Shown: positions 12,300 to 25,700 of the stretch, one piece after another
Position numbering within the stretch: the stretch's first letter is position 1
Layout: each line of letters opens with the position of its first letter
NCBI GenBank assembly: GCA_043228905.1
Contig: JBHGNT010000018.1
Coordinates: forward strand, 4,278,001 to 4,342,000
Reading direction: 5' to 3'
DNA length: 64,000 bases
DNA from: Azolla caroliniana
Lineage: Eukaryota; Plantae; Polypodiophyta
Position numbers and translations under genes: made by a program
The notes under the pieces: generated by a model
The model's database searches: none
Told to the model about the DNA's origin: nothing
What the model saw: the letters and a program-made list of their open reading frames with translations, nothing else

Positions 12300-15200
12300 G
12301 AATGACTTTCTCATACCCCCGCTTTAACGGAGAAACTGACGCTGCGAGCCACATACGACCGTTCCTCAATGTTTGGAATGCTAATCACATCGTGTAGCGG
12401 TTTCCAAACATGGAAGCCCACGCTTCGAAGATTGCCGAGTTCGGGTTAACTTTGGACGGTCGGGCTGCATGCTGGCATTCCCAGATGGATTTGGTAGCAA
12501 TCACAACCTTTGACCAATTGCAATCGGTGTTCTTGCATTTTTTTCATTGGAGGGTGCCACAATGTGAAATTATCGAGCAATTCTATACCATCAAGCAACA
12601 TCCAACAAAATCCGTAGAGGATTTCAGTCTGCGTTTCCAGAGTTTACGGCGGAACCTTACACGGGCCCCGACAGACGAAGAGGCTAAGGAAACATTTTTG
12701 GCAGCCCTACGACGGTCTATCTGGACGACGCCAAACACACACAGTGTGAAAGGGAGACGTCGGATATGGTCATTGAGCGAGCATTACAGCTCGAGTTAGA
12801 GGAGGAAGATGAAGGACTATCCATGGCATCACTACGGTAGGCGTTGCCTCAAGAAGAGGAACATCGATTCCGCTTGGCCATTTAGTGCACAAGCTGTTTA
12901 AACTCCGGGCATTCCGTGGTCGAATGTAATATGAGAATACATTGCCCCATTTGCCACTCACGGGCACACACGGTGGATCAATGTGAGTACAATATGCTGA
13001 ACAAGCCCACACCTATAGTACACCGTATGGAGCCACAACGGCAATTTCGCAGGAATGACCAAGGCCGACAAGAGGAGCATCCCCGGTATACGGACCGAAA
13101 TCAAAGAATGGAGCGCCAATACCGTCACCACCGTAACAACAACCCGTATTTCGACGAAGAAGAGCAGGAAGAGGAAGAGTACCGGAATACCAACCGTTAC
13201 AATCGGGAGGGGCGTCGCTACGACAATCGACGACCCACCAACAATCGCAGAGGATTCAACGGACCTTGTCAAAATGGTAACAATCGTTCGCCTAGGGAAC
13301 GACGCCGTTATGAGGAGAGTTTAGAAGATGAACAACGCCCAACGCCGCGTCGAGAATATCGTCAACAACCCCGGAATAACAAGCAAATTTAGGAAACCCG
13401 GGAAGAGAACCGTACGGGTAGAAACCAATACACCACCGATTGTAGAGAGAGGCGAGTGAAGCGTACATTGTTTCGTGTGCCAGCAGCCCGATCATTACGC
13501 GACGCAATGTCCGCGTCGCAAAGGTAAGGAACCAGCCATAAATACAATCATGACAGAAGTCCAGCAAAGCACAAGATGAGATGTGCAAAGCAGCCCAAGC
13601 TTGGGTAGAAAAAGCAAATGCGGTGAACGCGGAGTGTATGAAACAAGAATCAACGAACGCTAGCTTGCATACGGACGATAACACATTAACAACGGACCCC
13701 ATATGGCAAGCATTGGCAAACTGTGAAATAACGTTGACCATGGATAAGCTCCTCCGCTTGGTTCCACAATTCCGATAGGTGGTAGAAAATCGTTTACGAG
13801 GCACAACCAGATTAGATGTCTCGACCAATTTCGTGGAGTCTAGTACCGACCCAATAGTAGTAGATCATCACAATCTGCCCATTAAATTGGTACTGAAGGG
13901 TCAAGAAATACTGTGATGCATCGTCGATGGGGGGTCCGGCGTAAACGTCATTAGTACAACCATGTGTACTTGACTGGGCATTACAAATTGGGAAGCATGC
14001 CCTTTTTGGCTCCGTATGGAGGACACCCGTTCCATCAGGCCCCTTGGGTTAATTTGAAAATTAGGAATTGTCGTCGGAGGCCATCACTTTGACATCTTTG
14101 TGGTGGTGCTCGCATTAGAAGCTCTAGGAGCGTATCCAATTCTGCTGGGCAGACCATGGTTACGCTCTACCAACATCAAGTAGAATTGGCGACATAATTG
14201 TATCAGCTTCCGACGAAGCCGCAACAAAGTCCGTGTACCTACGTAGGAAACAACGGCCCCAACCAAGGGCATAACGCAATTATACGCCGAAGATATTAAC
14301 ATGCTGGAAGGATTGGATGATATTGAGCTTGAGGCATACCTCAATGAAAACCCGCGGATCGTGCCATTATTCGAAATTGACGTAATGGAAACCACTGCGG
14401 AGTACGCCCCAACCAGTACGCTTTAAGAAGAGGAGTACGAGCCTGCCCTGAGTCGATAATAGAGTTAAGTAGGGCACGAGAAGCGTTCAAAAAAGAAATG
14501 GAAAACTTGCATCAAGTCACCGCTTCTGTATTAGAAGAAGTCAACATCGGAATGACGGAGGTGCCATGACTACTCTCAACTAGGGACCTGACCTCAGGTG
14601 AGAAGACGGTAATGACAAAACTGCTCCGGGAATATAGGGATGTTTTCGCATGGCCATATGAGGACATGAAAGGGTTGTATCCAAAATTTTATCAGCACAA
14701 GATCAACTTGCCAACGTGAAACCTGTGTAGTAGCGACGTTATCAGATGAACCCGAATTACGCGGCTCACGTAAAAGAAGAAATTGACAAATTGTTGAAAG
14801 TAGGGTTCATTCAGCCCGTCAAACAAGCCACGTGGCTGAGTCCAATAGTCGTGGTGCCGAAGAAAAATGGGAAAATATGCGTTTGTGTGGATTACCGCAA
14901 GCTAAACGCCGTAACAATTACAGATGCGTTTCCCTTACCTTTTACAGATAGCGTACTAGACGCCGTCGAGGGCCATGACATGTATAGTTTTTTGGATGGC
15001 TTCAACAGATACAATCAAGTACGTATGCACCCTGATGACCAAGAGAAGAGTCTGACTGCGTTCGTCACAGACTGGGGCGTGTTTGTTGCCGTAGTAATGA
15101 TGTTTGGTCTGAAAACGGCGCCAACCACTTTCCAACGAACAATTACGGAGATTTTTGGAGAATACATATTTGCATTTATGCAAGTTTTTCTCGACGACTT

Positions 15201-15769
15201 TGTGGTGTATGGAACATGAGGTGAACATTTGGGGCATCTACGGCTTTGTTTGGAACGTTGCCGTACGTCATGCCTCAATCTTAATCCGGCGAAATGTCCA
15301 TTTGGTGTCACCAGCGGAGCACTCCTCGGATGTATATAGTAAGCAAGTAGGGGATAACAGTAGACCCTAACAAAATCACGGAAATCATTGAAGCGAAGAC
15401 CCTGACTAATGCCAAAGCCCTTAGCCGCTTCTTAGGGCAAATACGCTGGCACAACCATATGTTACGATACTTGGCGGATTTCGCGACTCCATTACATGCC
15501 GCCGTACATCGTACTCCTTTCAAGTGGATGACAATAGAAGACAAAGCGTACGAGGCACTTAAGATAATGCTAACCCAAGCACCAATCGTACAACCACAAG
15601 ATTGGACGACACCTTTTCACGTATTTGTCGATGCCTTAGATATCACAATAGGTAGTGCATTGATGCAGCTCACAGAGCCTAATTGGTACTGACCGATTTA
15701 TTACGCCAATCGTAAATTATTGGATGCCGAATGGAACTACTCCACGACCGAGCGTGAGACCTTGGGTAT
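12300..15769 (+). pseudogene. Gypsy-1 gag-PR-RT-RH, disrupted
   Basis: ORFs 12410, 12916, 13581, 14746 and 15459. Confidence 0.88.
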
Positions 15770-16216
15770 TGTTAGGTGTAAAGGCCCATAGTTCACAAAT
15801 TAGGTAATTATTCGTATATGTGAACACATTGTTCACCTAGACAGGACACCTCCTTTTGTAATGTGAGCACACCACTTTCTTTGTAAGGTTAACTAATATA
15901 ATAACCTTTTTTTTCTTGTGTACCAATTAAGGCGGTTGGGTACACCAAAGATCTACGTGTCTCTACTCTCATCTCTACTACAGTCCTGTTTTGCCGAACG
16001 TCATCTCTCAATAGTTGATCCGTCAAACATCCCTCTTTACCTTTAACTGGTATCAGAGCCAAATCTCTTTCCTTTGTTTTGCTGTTTTTCTTTAGATTCA
16101 GAATCAACAGAAAACATAGATTTAAAATAAATAAATAAATAAATAAATCTGTTAGACCCTTTCCTATTGGTATTTTGCTCAATTTCTGAAGGCATCTGTC
16201 ATAAATCTTGGGAGCA

Positions 16217-19200
16217 ATGGCCTCCACTTCAGCTGAAGTGAAAAACCTCTTTGAAATCAAGAGATTTGATGGAAAAGATTTTGAATTGTGGAAAGAGTGT
16301 ATGCTGGGCATCCTCTAAGAGATTGTGAAGATGCTCTCGTAGAAAAGAAACCAGAGAGCATGGAAAATGATGCTTGGAACACTCTGAATAAGAAAGCCAT
16401 TACATATATTAAAATGGCTGTTTCTGATGAAATTCTTGTAGATGTGAAGGGCTTGACTACTGCTCATCAAGTTTGGGAGAAACTTAAGAAAACTTACGAG
16501 AATACTACTCCTGTGAATCAGGTGCATTTGATGAGAAAACTTGTCAGTATGAGGCTTGATGAGTCAAAAGGTGCAACTGAGCATCTATCGTTATTCATAG
16601 GTACTCTCTCCCAACTACAAGATTTAGGATTACTAGCTTTTGATGACAAGCTCAAAGCTATCTTCCTACTTATGACTTTACCGGATTCGTGGGAAACATT
16701 AGTTGTTTCACTATCTAATAGCCCCACCTTGACCTTCGATGGGGTGCGGGGCTCTATTCTCAGTGAAGAGATTAGAAGACAATCTAGTGGAGAAGGTAGT
16801 GGTTCAGCATACAATATTAGGGGGAGATATGATAAGAGGAACCCAAATGTAAGACAAAGAAATAGAAGTAAGAGTAGAGGGAAAGGAAAACAACAAGATA
16901 TCACATGCTATCATTGTGGCCGTAAAGGTCATAAGAAACCTGATTGTAGATATTGGAAGATGGAACTAGAAAGGAAGAACAATGTAGGAGAGAAGAAAAA
17001 CAAAGATGATAAGTTTAATACAACAGAGAAAGCTAATATGGCTTCAAATGTTATCATTGAAGACCTATCTAGTGAAGATGGTGATGTACTTTGTATTACA
17101 GGTGATGCCTTTATAGCTCATGTTCAAGACATGCAAATCACCAAAACAGATGTTATTGATGCTTTATTGTCAATCGATGATGGATTGACACAGACATGGA
17201 TAGTAGACTCCGGTCCGGGGCTTCTTTTCATGTTACTCCATGTTTGGAGTGCTTTACCACATTTGATGCAGGTAGTTACGGAAAAGTTTATCTTGGTAAC
17301 AATAGTGCTTGCAATATTGATGGTATTGGTACCATACACTTGTCTTTGGATAATGGTCAAGAGCTTGTGCTCAAAGATGTTAGGTATGTACCTAGCATTA
17401 AGAAAAGTTTGCTATCTGTAGGATAGATGGATTTGCATGGTTACACCACATTATTCGGTGGTGGATTATGGAAACTAAAGAAAGGATCTATGGTTATTGT
17501 GAAAGGTTGCAAAAAGGGCACTCTGTACTATTTGCAATGTAAAGCTTTACCTGGAAAGTTTCTTGCTATTGCTGAATTCGACTCTCGTTTAGAGCTTTGG
17601 CATAAGAGATTAGGACATATGAGCCAAAAAGGACTTGAAGTCCTTTCTGCTTTAAAAAGATTTGATGTTAAAGGATCAAAGTTGGTTTTTTTGTAATGAT
17701 TGTCTATTTGGCAAACAAGTGAGAAATTCTTATTATTCTGGTATCTCTAGTAAACCAAATGTGCTAGATTTGGTGCATTCTAATGTATGTAGCATGCATG
17801 TAAAATCCTTGGGCGGTGCTGCATATTTTATTTCCTTTATCGATGATTATTCTAGGAAGATTTGGGTGTACTTGATGAAAAGAAAAGGTGATGCATTTGA
17901 TGCATTTAAATCTTTTCATGCATTTGTGACTACTAAAAAAGGGACAAAACTGAAATGTCTCAGAACAGATAATGGGGGTGAGTTTACATCTGCAGAATTT
18001 AAGTCTTATTGTGACTTACATGGTATTAAAAGAGAGCTTACAGCTCCATATAACCCTTCATCAAATGGGATGGCAGAAAGGTTAATAGGACCATGTGTGA
18101 GCGAGTACGATGCATGCTGTCCACAACTAATCTCCCTCATGAATTTTGGGGAGAAGCATTAAAAACCGCGGTTTATATATGTAATCGTTCTCCCAACAAG
18201 ACCTTAAAAAATGGAATACTTGAGGAGGTTTGGTTTGGCAAACCAGCCTCATATGACCATTTATGAATTTTTGGTTGTGATGCATTTGTACACATTAGAA
18301 GTGAGCTGAGAAATAAGCTCGATGCTAAGTCCACCCTGGGCATTTTTATGGGCTATGGTGATGAAGGTGAAATGGGCTATAGGATTTGGTTACCTCAGTC
18401 CAGAAAAATTGTATGCAGCCGGGATGTTGTTTTTAATGAAGAAAAATTGCTGAAAAATGCTTGTTCCTCTGTTGGGAACTCTAAGAGCGTTACATTTCAG
18501 AAATTACAACCATCCACAAAATCTGAAAATAAACCTCATGATGCTATACCAAAGGTTGAATATGATGATCGGCCAGTTATCTTTGAGCCAGAAGAAGTTG
18601 GACAACAAAGAGATGCTCATGAAGGTATTGGTCAACGAGATGAAGGTACTGAAGAAAAAAATATAGATGTCGAACAACATGCTGGACATGGTTTGCAACA
18701 GCCAGAAAGTGCTGAAAATGATTTTCCTCCAGAGTTAGAACCAATCCCAGAAAATACTGATCATTGGGTACGTAGGTCGAATCGTTCAAGGAGGTAGGTA
18801 TATAGATATGACCCCTCTTTGCATTATGTCATGCTGTTAGATGAGGGTGAACCTCTTACTTATAAGGAGGCAATGTCATGTGAACTTAGCAGTAAGTGGG
18901 AGCTTGCAATGCAAGAAGAAATAAAATCTTTATATGCAAATGATACATGGGATCTTGAAGGAAAGCTCTTCCAAATAACTGGGTTTATAAGATAAAGGAA
19001 ATTGAAGGGAAACCAAAATACAAGACAAGATTAGTTTCCAAGGGTTATGCACAGAAAGAAGGTATTGACTTCCAAGAGGTCTTCTCTCCTGTTGTGAGGA
19101 TGACCACACTTTGTGTGCTATTTGCTCTCACTGCAATGCTTAATTTGGAATTGTAGCAAATGGATGTAAAGACCGCTTTTTTGCATGGTGATATTGATGA

Positions 19201-19839
19201 AGAGATCTACATGAAACAACCTGAGGGTTTTGTAGTCTCTAACAAGGAGCATTTGGTATGCAAACTAAAACGTAGCTTGTATGGCCTAAAACAAGCACCA
19301 CGACAGTGGTATAAGAAGTTTGATACTTTTATGCTTTCTCAAGGCTTTGATCGTAGTTATGCATATCATTATTTATACACGAAAAAGGATATCGATGACA
19401 ATCCTATCATACTTGTTCTATATGTGGATGATATGTTGCTAGCTGGGAAAAGAAAGACTAGTCTTGATGCTCTAAAAGATCAACTGAAATTGGTCTTCTC
19501 TATGAAAGATTTGGGAAATGCAGAGCATATTTTGGGCATGAGAATCAACAGAAACAGAAAAGACAAATTGTTGTTTTTGTCACAAGAAAAGTACATTGAA
19601 AAAGTGCTTAACAGATTTAATATGGCAGAAGCAAAGTCCCTTGGAGTTCCTTTGCCGTCATATCTTAAACTCAACAAGGCTGATTGTCCAAAGGATGAGA
19701 TGGAAATCAATGCTATGAAGGGAATTCCGTATGCATCAGCATGTGGCTCTCTAATATATGCCATGGTAGCTACTCGTCCAGATATTGCTTATGCAGTGGG
19801 AGTTGTTAGTCGCTATATGTCTAATCTCAGGAAAGCACA
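16217..19839 (+). pseudogene. Copia-2 gag-pol (CCHC knuckle, PR, IN, RT), disrupted
   Basis: CYHCGRKGHKKPDC, WIVDSG, LRTDNGGEF, MDVKTAFLHG, LYVDDML. Confidence 0.92.
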
Positions 19840-19885
19840 TGTTAGGATCTCGGTCCCTCTGGATAGGATACGAAGGCCCGACATT

Positions 19886-20130
19886 GGAAGACCCGGTGAG
19901 AACCGGATGTGGAGTACTCGGCAACGGAAGACCCAGTGAGAACCGGATGTGGAGTACCGGGCAACGGAAGACCCGGTGAGAACCGGATGATGAGTACCTG
20001 GCAAGGAAGACCCGGTGAGAACCGGATGACGAGTAACCGATAAGGAAGACCCGGTGAGAACCAGATGACGAGTACCCGACAAGGAAGATCCGGTGAGAAC
20101 CGGATGTTGCAGGCCCGGTGAGAACCTCTC
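19886..20130 (+). repeat. 39-40 bp tandem array in Copia-3 5' LTR (also 30104-30295 in the 3' LTR)
   Basis: GGAAGACCCGGTGAGAACCGGATG..GAGTACCCGGCAA units. Confidence 0.92.
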
Positions 20131-20585
20131 ACTGGATGAAGGGACATATATGTAGATATGTTTCTGAGAGCCCATTGGGGCTATATCTGTAAATAGTCCT
20201 AATGTCATATTAGTATAAATGTGACCTAGGGAAAACAATGTGTATGATGATGATCATAGTTGCTGTTGTTTTTGGTATAGCGCAATTCGTGTAACGACTG
20301 TACTGAGAGAGAGAGAGAGAGCGATACAGAGCATGTCTCTGTTGTAACCGCTGCAAGGCGAAGATTGTGAGCAAGAGGTCGTTGCCTATGTGCTCCATGT
20401 TGTACTCTTTGACATAGTGATAGTTTGGAGTCTGTGGGCTCCCGTGGTTTTTCCTTCTCAGGGTTTTCCACGTTAACATCCTGTGTATTCTCTTTTTCTA
20501 TTTGTGTACTTACCTCCATTCCCATTTCTTCTGTGTTTGATTGTCATCAAGTGATCTACTCTTTGGTTGTGACTGGAGACTATTC

Positions 20586-22732
20586 TCCAACTACTCAGTG
20601 TGGAACTCGAAGATGAGGGACATGCTCGTGGTTAAAGATCTTTGGTTGCCGGTTCAGTTCGGGGACAAGAGATCGGACAAAATCGATGCCACGATATGGG
20701 AGGTGATGCACATGAAGACAACAACGTACATACGGTGCTTCATCGACATGAGTCTATACAACAACTTCAATGAAGAGAGCAAGGCTCATGAGCTTTGGGA
20801 GAAGATCAACATTATGTTTCAGAACAAAAATGTTGTTAATCAGGTTTCGGTATTTCGGAAGCTAGTAAGACTCCGGTACCAAGATGGCTCCAGCATGACG
20901 GAGCACATGAATGCCTTCTAGGGGCTGGTCCACCAGGTAACATCATTGGAAGTACCTCTCACTGATGAGGTACTAGCACTACTCCTGCTCGGTTCCCTCC
21001 CAGATAGCTGGGAGACGTTGGTCGTCACTTTGGGCAATGCCGGGCCCGAAGGGAAACGGTTATCCCTAGCAAGAGTGAAGTCGAGCTTGGTAGATGAGGA
21101 GGTGCGTCGGAAAGACAAGGATACGAGCTCCGACTCCAAAGCACTCCTTACCGAATCAGAACGCGGAAGACAAAGGAAATGTAGTCCCCAGAACCGGGAA
21201 AAGTCGGGGACACGGTCAAAGTCAAGGGGGAGGCCTACTTGCTTCTATTGCGGCAAGCCGGGACACTTCCAGAAGAACCATCGGCACTTCTGAAAAGACA
21301 AGGAAACCGATGGTACCGATTTGAAGCGGACACCGGACTAGAATGGTGAAGACCGGAGGGGACCGGACCGGAAGGGAATGACGGCAATCGCGGCAAGTGA
21401 AGAAGAGTTGATGCTCATCACCGAGGAGAGTGAGTTGAACCTTGCCGACGATGAGACAACGTGGGTTGTCGATTCCGGAGTGTCGTTCCACCTTAACCCG
21501 GACCGGAAATGCTTCTCATCCTACACAACTGGTGATCACGGCTGTGTCCGGATGGGGAATGAAGGTACATGCCAAATTGTCGGCATAGGAGATGTGTGGT
21601 TGTCAACACCAACCGGATGCAAGCTGCTGCTGAAGGATGTCCGACACGTTCTGGAGGTTCGACTGAACCTGATGTCAGCATGTCGGCTAGATGATGAAGG
21701 CTACACGGGTAGCATTCGGAACGGAGTAATGAAATTCAGCAAAAGGAGCCTGATAGTGGCTCAGGCCCGAAAGGTCAACACGTTGTACTTGATAAATGCT
21801 CGGTTATGCCTGGAAGAAGTGAACGTGGCTTCCAACACTGCCAGTGAGCTGTGGCACAAGAGACTGTGCCACATGAGCGTGAAGGGGATGAAGAGGCTTG
21901 CCGATGACAACCTCATTCCGGTGAAGAACGTGCATTTTGAGAGGTGCACCGACTGCCTAGCCAGTAAGCAAAACCAGACCTCATTCCAATCAAGGCCATT
22001 GATGAGAAGTAATGCACCATTGGAGTTGGTGCATACCGATGTGTGTCAAGTGGACACGAAGTCCCATGCCGGAGCGCAGTACTTCGTGACGTTCATAGAT
22101 GACTAGAACAGGAGACTGTGGGCCACACCGTTGAAGACGAAGGATTAGGTATTATCCATCTTCAAGGAGCTCCACGCAAGAGTGGAAAGAGAAACCGGAT
22201 GGAAGTTGAAGGCGGTTCGAGCAGATAACGGAGGGGAATACCGGGGGCAGTTCGAGGAGTACTTCCACTCGAAGGGGATCCGGCTCGAATTTACCGTGCT
22301 GAAGACGCCGGAACTAAATGGGCTAGCCGAGAGGATGAACCGGACCATAATGGAAAGGGTCCGGAGTATCCTAGCACATGCTAAACTACCCAAGATGTTT
22401 TGGGCTGAGGTGCTGTCGACAACGACGTATGTCATAAACAGATCACCCTCAGTGCCTTTGGATGGAGACACGCCGCAAAAGGTGTGGACCGGTAAGGAAG
22501 TGTCCTACCGGCATTTGAAGGTGTTCGGGTGTCTCACGTACATGGATGTTGCTAAGGACCGGAGAGGAAAGTTGGATCCAAAGACCCGGCCATGCATATT
22601 CCTTGGATGCGGCGATGATGAGTTCAGCTACCGAGTGTGGGATCCGGTTGACAAGAAGGTTTTTCGGAGCCGAGATATTATCTTCATGGAGGACAAGACT
22701 CTTGCCGACTGGGAGTCGGAGAAGAAGATAAT
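20586..22732 (+). pseudogene. Copia-3 gag-PR-integrase, disrupted
   Basis: LPDSWETLV, CFYCGKPGH, WVVDSG, VRADNGGEY. Confidence 0.9.
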
Positions 22733-25700
22733 TGTAAAGAGTAACGTGCGGAAGCAAGTATGAAGACCGAACAGAAGGAAGAAAACACATGTTTAATGGA
22801 GAGCTTGAGCTTACGCACTATACGCAGGAGAGACAGAGAGAGTGATAGAGAGAAAATACAAGAACTATATTCAACAAGAAAAAAACTCGATTCACTACTC
22901 TATACACATGTGTGTTCCATGAACACTTTTATACAAGTCCTCGAAGGACTGACCGAAGTACTGACCGTACTTCAATGCTCATTAAGAGCTCCTACACTAA
23001 CTCCCAAATATATTCCTCACGGAATATCTTTCCTAACGGCCTCCCAGTTTACGCACTCAGCCTAACCGATCGGTCCCATCCATCCGGTCCTCGGCTTCTT
23101 CAGCTGATCCGGCCGATGTTGAGCTTGTCTCTCAACACTCCCTGTCAAGCTCAACTCGAGGGTCTTCGGGATCCTTGGGCTCACAGCTCTGGTTCCTCCT
23201 GGCTTCACGCCTCGCTTGCGCTCCTCGACCTGTTCGACTCCGCGCGCTTCGACCCTTCCGGTCGGCTTGTCTGTTCATGTGGCCCTCATCAGCTCTTCTG
23301 TTGTTGCGGTGTTGACGCTTCTCCTGCTGCCTTTTCCTCCACTTGGGCCTCGGTTGATTCAACGTGTCTGAATGAAACATCCGAACCGACTCGGCTACCT
23401 CCGATCGGTTTTCGCTCCCGTCCGAGTTGGCTGTCTCCAACTCGTCTTCGGTCTTCTCGCCCTCGATGGCGTCATCTTCCCCATGCGTGGTTGGCTTCGG
23501 TTCTCTCCTTCGGTTGCTCCCCTTCTGTCCTCTTCCGAACTTTTCCGCGGGTCCGCCCTCGGCTTCTTCAGCCGATCCGAAGTCGAACTCGACAACCGAG
23601 TCAACCGACTCGGTGGTGTCGCGGTCTCCGCTCCTTTCCTGCTGCCTTGCTTGGTTGTTCGGGACTGTTCTCCCCCTCAAGTTTGGCACGTCGAGGTGGC
23701 GCAATCCGAGCGCACCTGAGAATTGCCGCAACTTGTCCAGACCAAGAGGCTTGGTGAAGATGTCGGCAGTCTGCCGATTCGTCGGAACGTACTGAAGTTC
23801 GACTTCACCGGAAAGGACACACTACGGACCAAATGGTAGTGCACCTCAATGTGCTTGGTCCGTGCATGGAAGACGGGGTTCTTCGCGAGTTGGATGCTGC
23901 TAAGGTTGTCGCAGTAGATCGTCGTTGGATCGGACACCTCCTCTTGCAGGTCCTTAAGTAGCCGCTTCAACCATATGGCTTCGCATGTCGCGACAGCCGC
24001 TCCTCGGTACTCAGCTTTGGTGCTCGACAATGCAACTGTCGGCTGCTTATTACTGCTCCACGCGATCGCGGCACTCCCGAGGGAGAACGCGTATCCAGAT
24101 GTGGATCGGCGATCGGTGGCGTTGCCAACCCAATCAACATTGGTGTAGCCGACTAACTGCACGCCTGCACCGGTCCGATATAGCAGTCCCCGGTCCTTAG
24201 TGCCATTGACATACCGAAGTATGCGTCGCGCACACTGAAGGTGCTCCTCGGTAGGTCGCGCCATGAACTGACTGATCACTCCGACCGGATAACTGAGGTC
24301 GGGTCGGGTGATGGTCAAGTATATGAGGCTTCCGACAATTTGTCGGAACCTCGTCGGGTCGCATACCTTTCCCGTATCGGGACAAAGCTTGACGGTTCTG
24401 TCTAGAGGAGTCGAGACGGACTTACAGTCGGCCATCCCGAATTTGAAGAGCATACTCAGCACGTAATGACGTTGGCTGATCAATATGCCTTCGGGGGTAC
24501 GGATCACTTCGATCCCGAGGAAGTAATGAAGGTCCCCCAGATCCTTCATGTCAAATGATGCCGCAAGCTAGAGCTTGACGCGGTCGATTACACCGAGGTT
24601 GGCGCCGGTGATGACCAAGTCATCAACATATAGTAAAATACTAACCGGTCCGAGTCGACCTTTCCGGATGAACAGGGAAGAGTCCGATTTTGACGTGACG
24701 AAGCCCATCCGACGCAGTTGTTGCGTGATCTTCGCGTTCCAGGCACGCGGGGCTTGCTTCAGTCCGTAAAGGGACTTCTTCAGTCGGCATACTGCCGAGG
24801 AGTTCGTTCCGGAGTGAAATCCGGGGGGCTGTACCATGTACACCTATTCCTCAAGGTCACCTTGTAGGAACGCATTCTTTACATCCATATGATGTAAGTG
24901 CCACCCCTTCGCCGCAGCTACTGCGAGCAAAACACGGACGGTCATTTTCGTGACCGGCGCAAATGTCTCATCATAGTTGATGCCGCGTTTCTGTGCGTAG
25001 CCCTTTGCCACTAGCCGAGCCTTGTACCGGTTGACCGAGCCATCGGTGTTGTACTTGACCTTGTACACCCACCTACACCCGATCGGTTTTACCCCTGTTG
25101 GTGCGCCAACCAGGTCCCAGGTCTCGTTCTCCGCCAATGCGTGCATCTCTTCCTCGTTCCTATCCGTGCCGGAATCCGACACTTTCTTCTTCCCTTTCTC
25201 TTTGCTCGTAAGCCGTCTCCTCGGCTTCCTGCACGGGGAATGCACGACCGAGTCTCCACTACTCGCCAACTCTTCATCGGACTGGTCGTACCGACTCAGT
25301 CGTCCAATCGGTCCACTTAAATGGAGTGAAATCGGACTCTCTTCGCAGGTCTCGATTTCGGGCTCATCCGGAGGCATCTCGGCCTCGTTGACCTCATCAT
25401 CAGAGCTCGGATTGGAGTTGGGGTTCGGAGTCGGGGGCTGGTACCAGGACGCGGACTCGTCAAACACAACGTCGCGGCTGACACGCGCTTGTTTGGTGCG
25501 AGGGTTATAGCACTTATAACCCTTCTGCTCGTCCGAGTAACCGACCAAGATGCATTTCTCGGCCTTTGCGTCCAGCTTCCTCCTTTTCTCCTTCGGTAAA
25601 TGCACATACGCAATGCTACCGAACACCCTCAAGTGTCGCAAGTTCGGCTTCGTTTCGAAATATAGCTTGTGCGCCGACACTTTGTCTCCGATCCGGTTCT

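Noticed and set aside
19886-20130. CRISPR-like or coding repeat (ORF 19813..20238)
   Set aside because: It is an LTR-internal tandem array present in both LTRs; the ORF is a by-product.
22912-23795. Plus-strand ORFs of 281 aa and shorter
   Set aside because: Antisense shadows of the GC-rich Copia-4 tail and LTR.
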